A stretch of DNA of 32,000 nucleotides from Pseudomonas aeruginosa. Lineage in GTDB: Bacteria > Pseudomonadota > Gammaproteobacteria > Pseudomonadales > Pseudomonadaceae. Position numbers and translations under genes: made by a program. The number at the start of each line of letters is the position of its first letter. The first letter of the stretch is position 1. Location: the NCBI RefSeq assembly GCF_001457615.1, contig NZ_LN831024.1, positions 2,220,001-2,252,000 of the forward strand, written 5' to 3'. Under the pieces are notes generated by a model. It worked only from the letters and a program-made list of their open reading frames with translations. It had not been told where the DNA came from and did not search any database. Of this stretch, positions 19,449 to 27,647 are shown one piece after another.

Positions 19449-20257
19449 TGCCGGGCAAAGCGACTCTCTTCGCCACCCTGCTGGCCTGCGCCGCGCTGGC
19501 TGGCTGCGCCGACCACAAGCTCAGCGAACAGTCGCTGGCCAAGGCGCAGAGCGAGTTCGACCAGGTCAAGGAAGATTCCGACGTGCTCCGCGCGGCGCCC
19601 AAGGATGTGATCCGCGCCGGCGAATCGCTGGCCCGCGCCGAACGCCTGTCCAGCTACTGGGGCAGCAGCAGCGACGTGATCCAGTATGCCTACCTGAGCC
19701 AGCGCTACAGCGAGATCGCTCGCCAGCACGCCTTGCTCAACCTCAACCAGGAGCGCCTGACCCGCCTGCAACTGGAGCGCGAGCGCTTGCAACTGGCCCT
19801 GCGCGAAGCCAAGCTGCTCAGCGTGCAGGAGCAGGGCCAGCGCCTGAGCGAGGAGATCGCCAGTCTCAGCACCGAGGAAACCGAGCGTGGCCTGGTGCTC
19901 ACCCTTGGCGACGTGCTGTTCGACTTCAACCGCGCCGAACTCAAGCCGGCGGCCAACCGCACCGCGCTGAAGCTGGTGCAGTTCCTCCAGCTCAATCCGC
20001 GGCGGGTGATCCGCATCGAAGGCTATACCGACAGCGTCGGCGACAGGCAGGCCAACCTCGACCTGTCGCGCGAGCGCGCCCAGGCGGTGGCCGACGTGCT
20101 CGCCGATCTCGGCGTGGATCCCGCGCGCATGCAGGTGGTCGGCTACGGCGAAGCCTTCCCGGTCACCGACAACGCCTCCAACCGGGGGCGGGCGCAGAAC
20201 CGCCGGGTGGAGATCGTCTTCTCCAACGACAAGGGCCAGCTCAGCGCGCCGCGCTGA
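19448..20257 (+). CDS. OmpA-family lipoprotein with helical (DUF4398-like) N-terminal domain
   Basis: ATG at 19448 (MPGKATLFATLLACAALAGCADHK) inside ORF 19082..20257; OmpA C-terminal domain VLFDFNRAELKPAA...VIRIEGYTDSVGDRQANLDLSRERAQAVADVLADLGV...AQNRRVEIVF. Confidence 0.92.
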   Translation: MPGKATLFATLLACAALAGCADHKLSEQSLAKAQSEFDQVKEDSDVLRAAPKDVIRAGESLARAERLSSYWGSSSDVIQYAYLSQRYSEIARQHALLNLNQERLTRLQLERERLQLALREAKLLSVQEQGQRLSEEIASLSTEETERGLVLTLGDVLFDFNRAELKPAANRTALKLVQFLQLNPRRVIRIEGYTDSVGDRQANLDLSRERAQAVADVLADLGVDPARMQVVGYGEAFPVTDNASNRGRAQNRRVEIVFSNDKGQLSAPR

Positions 20258-20276
20258 GCCCCGCGCCGCCGCAGGG

Positions 20277-20310
20277 AGCCCCGCTACCCCAAAGGGTCCG
20301 GGGCTTTTTT
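20277..20310 (+). terminator. Rho-independent terminator after the OmpA-like gene
   Basis: AGCCCCG-CT-ACCC-CAAA-GGGT-C-CGGGGCT followed by a T run (CTTTTTT), 20 nt after the stop. Confidence 0.85.
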
Positions 20311-20450
20311 CGCCTGGCGAACCGGGTGGCGCCGGATTTCTCTGTCAGAACTTGCGCAAGAGCGGGCTATCATCGGGATCGAACTAGTTCGAGCAGCAAT
20401 CCGTGCAGCATAAGCACCTTGTATTTCGTTATAACGAGTAGAGAGGCGCA

Positions 20451-21089
20451 ATGAGTTCGAACGAAACCCTGCCGGGGCTGGTGATCGCCGATTCCTTCCC
20501 GGTCATGCAGTGGGCGCTGCAGCGCTACCTCAGCGAGGAGTGCGGACGCCAGGTGCTGGCGGTGGTCGGCGATAGCGACAGCCTGGTGGAGCGCCTGGCC
20601 GACCTGCCGCCGGAAAGCATCCTGATCACCGAGCTGGGCTTGCCTGGCCAGCGCAGCCGCGACGGTATCCACCTGGTGGAATGGCTGACCCGGCACTGCC
20701 CGCAAATGAAGGTGATGGTCTACTCGGTGTTCAGCGCGCCGTTGCTGGCCAAGGCGGTCCTGCGCAGCGGCGCCTCGGCCTACATCAGCAAGCGCAGCCC
20801 GCTGGAGACGTTGAAGGCGGCGCTGGAGTGCATGGCGCTCGGACAGACCTTCCTCGACCCCGGCCTGCACCCGCAGCGGCATACCGGCAAGCCGCTGAGC
20901 CCCACCGAGGTGGACATCCTCCGGCGCCTGGCGCGTGGCGACACGGTCAGCGAGATCGCCCAGCGGACCATGCGCAGCGTGTCGACCATCAGCACCCACA
21001 AGAAGAACGCGATGGTCAAGATAGGCCTCAACAGTGACGCCGAACTGATCGCCCTGGGCGTGATGAACTGGCTCCACGAACTCGCCTGA
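20451..21089 (+). CDS. RcsB-like response regulator / LuxR-family transcriptional regulator
   Basis: 212 aa; receiver-like N-terminus (GLVIADSFPVMQWALQRYLSEE) and LuxR/NarL HTH (LSPTEVDILRRLARGDTVSEIAQRTMRSVSTISTHKKNAMVKIGLNSDAELIALG). Confidence 0.92.
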   Translation: MSSNETLPGLVIADSFPVMQWALQRYLSEECGRQVLAVVGDSDSLVERLADLPPESILITELGLPGQRSRDGIHLVEWLTRHCPQMKVMVYSVFSAPLLAKAVLRSGASAYISKRSPLETLKAALECMALGQTFLDPGLHPQRHTGKPLSPTEVDILRRLARGDTVSEIAQRTMRSVSTISTHKKNAMVKIGLNSDAELIALGVMNWLHELA

Positions 21090-21174
21090 CCGGGTTCGAA
21101 ACATCTCGACCGCCAGTTGCGGAACAATCCTCGCCAGCCCCCGGGAGCCATCCCGCCGCAGCCGAGGAATCCGC

Positions 21175-21543
21175 ATGATCCGCCAGCCCCGCTTTGCCCG
21201 TTTCGTCCTGCCGTTGTTGCTGAGCCTGTGCCAGCCGTCCTTCGCCGCCGAACTCCGCGCGGTTGCCGAAGCACGCCGCCAGGAACTCCTGCTGGAGGAC
21301 TCGCCGGTGGCGTGCGGCGAGGCGGGCTGCACGGCGCGGGAAAGCCTCAGCCTGGTGGCGTTGCAGGTGCAGGCCCGGGTTCTGGTCACCCGCCTCGGCC
21401 GCGATGATTTTTCCCCGGCCGCCCGCCAGCCCGCCGCCGTCCCGGACTACCGCCTGTTCGGCGATCTCGGCCTGGCGCCAAGCCCCTTCGCCTGGCAAGC
21501 GTTGACCGGCGAGAGCGCGGCGGCGGACGCGTTGCGTTTCTGA
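21175..21543 (+). CDS. Small exported protein, hypothetical
   Basis: 122 aa with signal peptide MIRQPRFARFVLPLLLSLCQPSFAAE; coding-like GC3 pattern. Confidence 0.65.
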   Translation: MIRQPRFARFVLPLLLSLCQPSFAAELRAVAEARRQELLLEDSPVACGEAGCTARESLSLVALQVQARVLVTRLGRDDFSPAARQPAAVPDYRLFGDLGLAPSPFAWQALTGESAAADALRF

Positions 21544-21764
21544 CTTTCCCTATGGCCGCTCCCCAGGCGGCTCTTGGCGGACTGTTTCCCGCCCGCACCC
21601 GGCCGGTGGCGACCGACCGGGTTTTCTTTTTCTCGCGAACGCGCCGTCTCTGCGACCGACCCGTACAGTTTTGCGACTGTATGCCTGGTTGTCGGCCGAA
21701 CTGTTCTGGAGCAGTTTCACGAATTGAGCTACTGTTTCGGTTCAATCGCCGAGGAAAACCCGCC

Positions 21765-23204
21765 ATGACCAATCTGCTGCTTTACCAACGCATCGCCCAG
21801 CAGTTGGCCGAGGACATTCGCCGTGGCGTCTACCAGCCGGGCGAGCGGGTACCGTCGGTGCGCAAGCTCAGTACCCAGTTGAACGTCAGCCACGCCACCG
21901 TGCTGCAGGCCTACGCCACCCTCGAGGACCAGGGACTGATCCGCGCCCGTCCGCAATCCGGCTTCTACGTCCACCGCACCCCGGCGCTGACCGCGCCGAC
22001 CCCGGATATCGCGCGGGTCGAGCGTCCCGGCCTGGTCACCCGCAGCAGCATCATCAACCAGGTGCTCGCCGAGTCCCGCCGCGAAGGGGTATTCCCGCTC
22101 GGCGCGGCGGTGCCGCACGTGGACTACCTGCCGGTGCGCGCCTTGCACCAGCAACTGGCCAAGGTCACCCGCTTCCAGAGCCCACGGGCGTTCAGCTACA
22201 TGTTCAGCCCCGGTTTCGAGCCGCTGCGGCGGCAGGTGGCGATCCGCATGCGCGACGCCGGCGTGGTGGTCGACCCGTCGCAGGTGACCATCACCCACGG
22301 CTGCGTGGATGCGATCCACATGGCCCTGCGGGTGCTGACCCGTCCCGGCGACCTGATCGCCACCGAGTCGCCGAGCTACTACGGCCTGCTGCAACTGGCC
22401 GACGTGCTGGGCCTGAAGGTCATCGAGATCCCCAGCGACCCGCGCACCGGGATCAGCCTTGAAGCGCTGCAACTGGCGGCCAACCAGTGGTCGATCAAGG
22501 CCTTGGTGCTGACCGCGCGGCTGAGCAATCCCTTCGGCGGGACGATTCCCGAGGATCGCCAGAAGCAACTGCTGAAACTGACCGCCGAACACAACATCGG
22601 GGTGGTCGAGGACGACATCTACGGCGAACTGATGTTCGACCAGGGCCAGGCGCGCTCGCTCAAGTCCCACGACCGCGACGGCCGGGTGATCTACTGCTCG
22701 AGTTTCTCCAAGACCATCTCGCCCGGCGTACGCATCGGCTGGATCATCGCCGAGCGCTACCAGGAGGAGATCCGTCGCTTGCAGACCTTCACCACCCATT
22801 CGGCCTGCACCGTGACCCAGATGGGCGTCGCCGCCTACCTGGAGAACGGCGGCTACGACCGCCACCTGCGCTACATCCGCCAGGAGTACCGGAAGAACAT
22901 GACCGCCTACCAGTTGGCGGTGCAGCAGTACTTCCCGGAAGGTACGCAGATGACCCGGCCCAAGGGCGGCTTCATCCTCTGGGTCAGCCTGCCGGCCAAG
23001 GTCAACACCAAGGAACTCCACGTGCGGGCCCTGGAGCAGGGCATCAGCATCGCCCCGGGGCTGATCTTCAGCAACACCGAGCAGTTCAACAACTGCCTGC
23101 GGCTGACCTGCGGGATTCCCTGGAACCGCGAGGCGGAGCGGGCGATCATGACCCTCGGCATGCTTGCCGGGCAGCTTTGCCAGGAAGGCCTTATCGCCGC
23201 CTGA
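21765..23204 (+). CDS. GntR/MocR-family transcriptional regulator with aminotransferase-like domain
   Basis: 479 aa from ATG 21765; winged HTH (IAQQLAEDIRRGVYQPGERVPSVRKLSTQLNVSHATV) and PLP-dependent domain (YCSSFSKTISPGVRIGWI). The provided ORF 21552..23204 has an over-extended N-terminus. Confidence 0.93.
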   Translation: MTNLLLYQRIAQQLAEDIRRGVYQPGERVPSVRKLSTQLNVSHATVLQAYATLEDQGLIRARPQSGFYVHRTPALTAPTPDIARVERPGLVTRSSIINQVLAESRREGVFPLGAAVPHVDYLPVRALHQQLAKVTRFQSPRAFSYMFSPGFEPLRRQVAIRMRDAGVVVDPSQVTITHGCVDAIHMALRVLTRPGDLIATESPSYYGLLQLADVLGLKVIEIPSDPRTGISLEALQLAANQWSIKALVLTARLSNPFGGTIPEDRQKQLLKLTAEHNIGVVEDDIYGELMFDQGQARSLKSHDRDGRVIYCSSFSKTISPGVRIGWIIAERYQEEIRRLQTFTTHSACTVTQMGVAAYLENGGYDRHLRYIRQEYRKNMTAYQLAVQQYFPEGTQMTRPKGGFILWVSLPAKVNTKELHVRALEQGISIAPGLIFSNTEQFNNCLRLTCGIPWNREAERAIMTLGMLAGQLCQEGLIAA

Positions 23205-23532
23205 GCGCGAGGCGCTCCCCTGGCTGAGGGGCGCCCCGCGACAGTCCGCGAAGAATTTTCCCGGGGATTAACCCGAATCCACCGACAGCTTCGTCTCAGC
23301 GGGTATCTCCGCTGCACGACGAGGTCGTCTCGATGTTTTTCCCGGCTTCCATCCGGACCGGCACTTTCGCCGAACTGTCCGACGCTGGAAAATGTCTACC
23401 GATAGCCGCTCCGGCCGCGCTTCTGGCGACGGCCCGGGCGTTTCGTGGCGACGCCGATGCGTGCCGCGAAGGATGTGGCCGATGAGCCTGCTCTCGGTCG
23501 CCTTTGACACAGGACAGGAGTCGACCAGCGGC

Positions 23533-24117
23533 ATGCATGCCTCCACCAGCGCCACGACGGCCGCCGGCAGCGACGAAACGCTGCTGGCGCGTTACCGCAA
23601 GGGCGACAGCGCGGCCTTCGAGGTGCTCTACCAGCGCCATCGGCAGGGTCTCTACCGTTTTCTCTGCGGCCTGGCCGGACAGACCGAACTGGCCGACGAG
23701 ATTTACCAGGAAACCTGGCTCAGCCTGATCCGCAGCGAGAGCCAGCCGCAGGGCCGGGCGAGCTTCCGCACCTGGCTCTACCAGATCGCCCGCAACCGCC
23801 TGATCGATCATTGGCGCAAGCATGGCCAGCGCCAGCCGTTGCAGGACAGCTACGACGAACAGTTGCACGCGCAACCCGACCAGGGCGCCGGCCCCGAGCA
23901 GCAGCTCAGCCTGAGCCGCGACGGCGAGCGCTTGCAGAGCGCGCTGGAGACCCTGCCCGAGGAACAGCGCGAGGTATTCCTGATGCGCGCCCACGGCGAA
24001 CTGGAACTGGCCGAGATCGCCACGCTCACCCAGTCGCCGCTGGAGACGGTGAAGAGCCGTTTCCGCTACGCGGTGCAGAAGCTGCGCCGGCTGCTGGCCG
24101 AGGAGGTGGCGGTATGA
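23533..24117 (+). CDS. sbrI: RNA polymerase sigma factor, ECF subfamily (SbrI-like)
   Basis: Sigma-70 region 2 (ALLARYRKGDSAAFEVLYQRHRQGLYRFLCGL...DEIYQETWLSLIR) and region 4 (LETLPEEQREVFLMRAHGELELAEIATLTQSPLETVKSRFRYAVQKLR). Start chosen at MHASTSATTAAG; the upstream ATG at 23392 is an alternative. Confidence 0.88.
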   Translation: MHASTSATTAAGSDETLLARYRKGDSAAFEVLYQRHRQGLYRFLCGLAGQTELADEIYQETWLSLIRSESQPQGRASFRTWLYQIARNRLIDHWRKHGQRQPLQDSYDEQLHAQPDQGAGPEQQLSLSRDGERLQSALETLPEEQREVFLMRAHGELELAEIATLTQSPLETVKSRFRYAVQKLRRLLAEEVAV

Positions 24118-24878
24118 ACCCACAGAAGCATTCCGCGAGCGTCGCCGAAGAGCAGATGCTGGCGCATTTCCGCGCCCACGCGCCGCAGCAGCCGGCGCCG
24201 GCGCTGGACCAGGCGATCCTCGCCGCCGCGCGACGCCAGGCGGCGCATGTCGAACCCGCCCGGTCCTGGTGGCGGCGCTGGCTGGAAGCCTCCCGCAGGC
24301 CGCGTTGGCAGGCGGCTTTCGCCAGCCTGCTGGGCGTGGCGCTGGTGCTGGGGCTGGTCAGCCACAACGTGCTGGACGACGCCGAGCGCCAGGCCCGCCC
24401 CGAAGTGGCGTTCAGCGATGTGCCCCTGCGCGACGGAGTCGCCGGGGCCGCTGCGGCAAAGCGGGCCATGCGCGCGCCGGCGGCGCCGGCTCCGCTGTCC
24501 AGCGAGATGTCGGAGCCCCCGGCCTTGCTGGCCAGCTACGCATCGTCCGGGGAGGCGCCGCAACTGATGGCCGAGGCCGCGCCGCCGGCTCCGGCTGCCC
24601 TGGCCGACCGACCGCCGGCCCAGGCCGCGCAGCAGGCGAAGGTCCAGGCGGCGCTGGCCGGCGACTTCGTCGCCCAGGCCAGGGGCAAGGCGGTTGCGGT
24701 GAAGCCGGAGGTGCTCGACGAGGCGCTCGGGGCGGTCCTTGCCCTGCGTGAGCAGGGCAAGACGGAGCAGGCCGCGACCCAGTTGGCCGAGCTGCAGAAA
24801 CGTTTCCCCGGAGAGAACCTGGTGGAACGACTGGAACGCCTCGCGACGATAGCCGCGAGCGCCAGGAAACGGCCGTGA
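24114..24878 (+). CDS. sbrR: Putative anti-sigma factor (SbrR-like), single-TM membrane protein
   Basis: 254 aa starting MNPQKHSASVAEEQML, ATG overlapping the sigma gene stop (ATGA); one TM segment (WQAAFASLLGVALVLGLVSHNVL). Confidence 0.8.
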   Translation: MNPQKHSASVAEEQMLAHFRAHAPQQPAPALDQAILAAARRQAAHVEPARSWWRRWLEASRRPRWQAAFASLLGVALVLGLVSHNVLDDAERQARPEVAFSDVPLRDGVAGAAAAKRAMRAPAAPAPLSSEMSEPPALLASYASSGEAPQLMAEAAPPAPAALADRPPAQAAQQAKVQAALAGDFVAQARGKAVAVKPEVLDEALGAVLALREQGKTEQAATQLAELQKRFPGENLVERLERLATIAASARKRP

Positions 24879-25055
24879 CGACCATGGCCCGCGACGCGGC
24901 GGCGGCGTCGCGGGCTGACATCAAGCGGTTATCCGCGCATGACAGGTTAGACATGGGGCGAACAACAGAGAGAGTGCCAGGATGACGATAGTGACCCCTT
25001 GCCTTGGTTGCAGTCTGCCGTCAGCATTGCCGCAATTGGCCATACCTGCGTGACT

Positions 25056-25646
25056 ATGAAACGTCTTTGCCGAATTTGCGTCGTTGTTCTTTTCGGTTGC
25101 TTCCTGGCGGCCTGCGATGACGGCTCCAAGGCACCGGAAAAGAAAGCCCCGGAAGCACCGCCGCAGGAGCAGCGCGCCCCTGCCAAGCCAGTGAAGCCTG
25201 CACGAGCGGAGCCAGCGCCTGCCGTGCCTGCCGCGCCGAAAACAGCTTCGAAGAAGGTCGCGCCAGCCGCGGAGCAGGTTGCCGAACCCAAGCCGCCGGC
25301 CAAGCCGAAGCCTGCGGCTGCGCCGCCGAAGCCGGCCAGCAGGCCGGTCGCCAAGGACAAGCCGGCGCCGGCGAAGCGCGCTTCCACCGCTCGTCTCGAC
25401 CCCGAGGTACGCAAGCCGCTGCCGAGCGCCAAGCTGGACCTGCGCCTGCCGAAGGAACTGGTGCAGAAGATGGCGCCGCCCGGCACGGAAGAGACCCATA
25501 AGCCCAAGCCGCTGTTGCCGCCGATGTTCGAGGAAAAGGACGACAGCGACTTCCGCCTCAACGGCCAGTTGCTCTATCGCGACCGCGAACTGGGCGTGTC
25601 GCGGCCCCTGGAAGGGGCCGAGTTGCAGTTCGAGTTCCGCCAGTAG
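25056..25646 (+). CDS. Lys/Pro/Ala-rich lipoprotein, hypothetical
   Basis: ATG at 25056: MKRLCRICVVVLFGCFLAACDDGSK, clear lipobox LAAC; low-complexity K/P/A region then C-terminal conserved-looking segment. Confidence 0.75.
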   Translation: MKRLCRICVVVLFGCFLAACDDGSKAPEKKAPEAPPQEQRAPAKPVKPARAEPAPAVPAAPKTASKKVAPAAEQVAEPKPPAKPKPAAAPPKPASRPVAKDKPAPAKRASTARLDPEVRKPLPSAKLDLRLPKELVQKMAPPGTEETHKPKPLLPPMFEEKDDSDFRLNGQLLYRDRELGVSRPLEGAELQFEFRQ

Positions 25647-25659
25647 GCCGCCACGGTGC

Positions 25660-27486
25660 TCAGAAGCGGTAGCGCTGCTCCTGCAACGCCTGGTACAGCT
25701 CCGCGTCCAGCGGCTGGTAGCCGGCGCTGCCGGGCAACCTGACGAAGAGTTTGTCGCTGACCCGCGCGGGATCGTAGGCGTCGCGCTTGAGGTCGGTCTT
25801 CTTGTACTTGAAGGTGCCGGTGGTCTCGACTTCGCGCAGCAGGCGCAGGAACACCGGTGTGGCATAGGCCGGCAACTCGCGGTCGAGGTGCGCGGCGAGA
25901 GCGTCGCGGTCCAGTTCGACGCCATCGGCCAGGCGCAGCGCGGCCATCCCGCAGCGGCCGTTGGTGCCGGGAATCTCCACGCCGTAGACCACCGCATCCT
26001 CGACCCCGTCGAAGGCGCCGAGGGCGTTTTCCACCTCGGTGGTGGAAACGTTCTCGCCCTTCCAGCGGAAGGTGTCGCCGAGACGGTCGACGAACTGGGT
26101 GTGCTTGAAACCGATGTCGCGCATCAGGTCGCCGGTGTTGAACCAGGCGTCGCCCTTCTTGAACACGTCGCGGAGGATCACCGCTTCGCTCTTGGCCGGA
26201 TCGGTGTAGCCGTCGAACGGCCACTTCGCACTGATCTCGCTGATCAGCAGGCCGACCTCGCCCTTGCCGACCTTCTCCATGAAGCCCTTGGCGTCGCGCA
26301 CCGGATGGTCGTTCTCCAGGTCGTAGCGGACGATGGCGTAGGTGGCTGGGGAGAAGCCCACCGTATTGTCGAAATTGAATACATTGGTGAAGCCGATGTT
26401 GCCTTCGCTGGAAGCGTAGAACTCGGTGATCCGCTGGATCTCGAAGCGTTGCTTGAACTCGGCCCAGATCGACGGGCGCAGGCCGTTGCCGATCATGCAG
26501 GTCAGGCTATTGCCGCGTTCCTCGGCGCACGGTGGCTGGTTCAGCAGGTAGCGGCAGAGCTCGCCGATGTAGCCGAAGCAGGTCGCCCGGTAGTGTTGCA
26601 CGTCCTTCCAGAAACCGCTGGCGGAGAACTTGCGGCGCAGGGCCATGGCCGCGCCGCCGGCGAGCGCCGCGCTCCAGCAGACGGTCACGGCGTTGTTGTG
26701 GTAGCAGGGCAGGGTTAGGTAGAGCACGTCGTCGCGGCCCAGGCCCAGACCGGAATGGCCGAAGCCGCCGTAGGCCTTGATCCACTTGCCGTGGCTCATG
26801 ATCGAGGCTTTCGGCAGGCCGGTGGTGCCGGAGGTGTAGATGTAGAAGCAGGAGTCCTTGAGCCGCACCCTGCCGGTGTCCTCGAGGTTCTCCGAGGTCT
26901 GTCCCTGGGCCAGGCGCATCAGGTTGCGCCAGCCCATCGGCGGCGAGCCGGGATCGCCGAGGGTGTCGCCGTCGTCGACCCAGTAGCAATGGCCGGCGTT
27001 GCCGAGCACCTCCTGGCGGACTTCCTCGAACACCTCGCGCAACTCTTCGCCGACCACGAAGTGGCCGGGCTTCACCAGGTTCAGGCTGTGCACCAGGACC
27101 TTGCCGCGCTGGGTGGTGTTGACCAGTGCGCCGATGGCGCCGAGCTTGGCCAGGGCGGCGAGGATCGCCAGCAGCTCGACGCGGTTTTCCAGCATCACCG
27201 CGACCACGCTGCCGTGGCCTACGCCCTCGGCCTTGAAGGCGCGCGCCAGGCGATTGGCCCAGCCGTTGAACAGGGCGTAGCTGATCCGCCGCTGGCCGTC
27301 GAGCACCGCCGGGTTGTCCGGGTACAGGCGTGCCGCGCGCTCCAGCGCCCAGCCCAGGGACAGGCTCTTCTCGCGGTTACGGATCGCGGTGTAGTACAGG
27401 CCGCGCAGCATGCGCGGCACGCGGCCGAAGGTGGCAGGCAGGCGGGCAACGAAACGGTTGAAAGTGATCAGGTCGGCGTGGGTCAT
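25660..27486 (-). CDS. atuH: Long-chain/very-long-chain acyl-CoA synthetase (AMP-forming), AtuH-like
   Basis: 608 aa; AMP-binding signature YIYTSGTTGLPKASIMSHGKW, later FNTGDLMRD and YKKTDLKRDAYDP motifs; adjacent to other atu genes. Confidence 0.88.
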   Translation of the reverse strand: MTHADLITFNRFVARLPATFGRVPRMLRGLYYTAIRNREKSLSLGWALERAARLYPDNPAVLDGQRRISYALFNGWANRLARAFKAEGVGHGSVVAVMLENRVELLAILAALAKLGAIGALVNTTQRGKVLVHSLNLVKPGHFVVGEELREVFEEVRQEVLGNAGHCYWVDDGDTLGDPGSPPMGWRNLMRLAQGQTSENLEDTGRVRLKDSCFYIYTSGTTGLPKASIMSHGKWIKAYGGFGHSGLGLGRDDVLYLTLPCYHNNAVTVCWSAALAGGAAMALRRKFSASGFWKDVQHYRATCFGYIGELCRYLLNQPPCAEERGNSLTCMIGNGLRPSIWAEFKQRFEIQRITEFYASSEGNIGFTNVFNFDNTVGFSPATYAIVRYDLENDHPVRDAKGFMEKVGKGEVGLLISEISAKWPFDGYTDPAKSEAVILRDVFKKGDAWFNTGDLMRDIGFKHTQFVDRLGDTFRWKGENVSTTEVENALGAFDGVEDAVVYGVEIPGTNGRCGMAALRLADGVELDRDALAAHLDRELPAYATPVFLRLLREVETTGTFKYKKTDLKRDAYDPARVSDKLFVRLPGSAGYQPLDAELYQALQEQRYRF

Positions 27487-27647
27487 GGCTCTCGCGCTTG
27501 TCGTTGTTGTGCGGGGCGTAGGACGCTCCCGCGACTCTAGACCGCAGCCGCCGCCTCGGCTATGACCGTTGCGCGGTCGCCCCGGGGCACTTCGGCAAAT
27601 AGCCCGGAAGCCCGCCGCAGAGCGCCGCGCGCCTTTCGTCGGAGACC

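Noticed and set aside
17521-19602. 693-aa ORF on - strand
   Set aside because: Antisense to cobJ, the SBP-like gene and lipoprotein genes; composition not protein-like.
21729-23021. 430-aa ORF on - strand
   Set aside because: Antisense to the MocR-family gene, no domain-like sequence, typical shadow ORF.
23208-23240. GGCGCTCCCC...GGGGCGCC inverted repeat after the MocR-type gene as a terminator
   Set aside because: Imperfect stem and no following T-run; not enough to call an intrinsic terminator.
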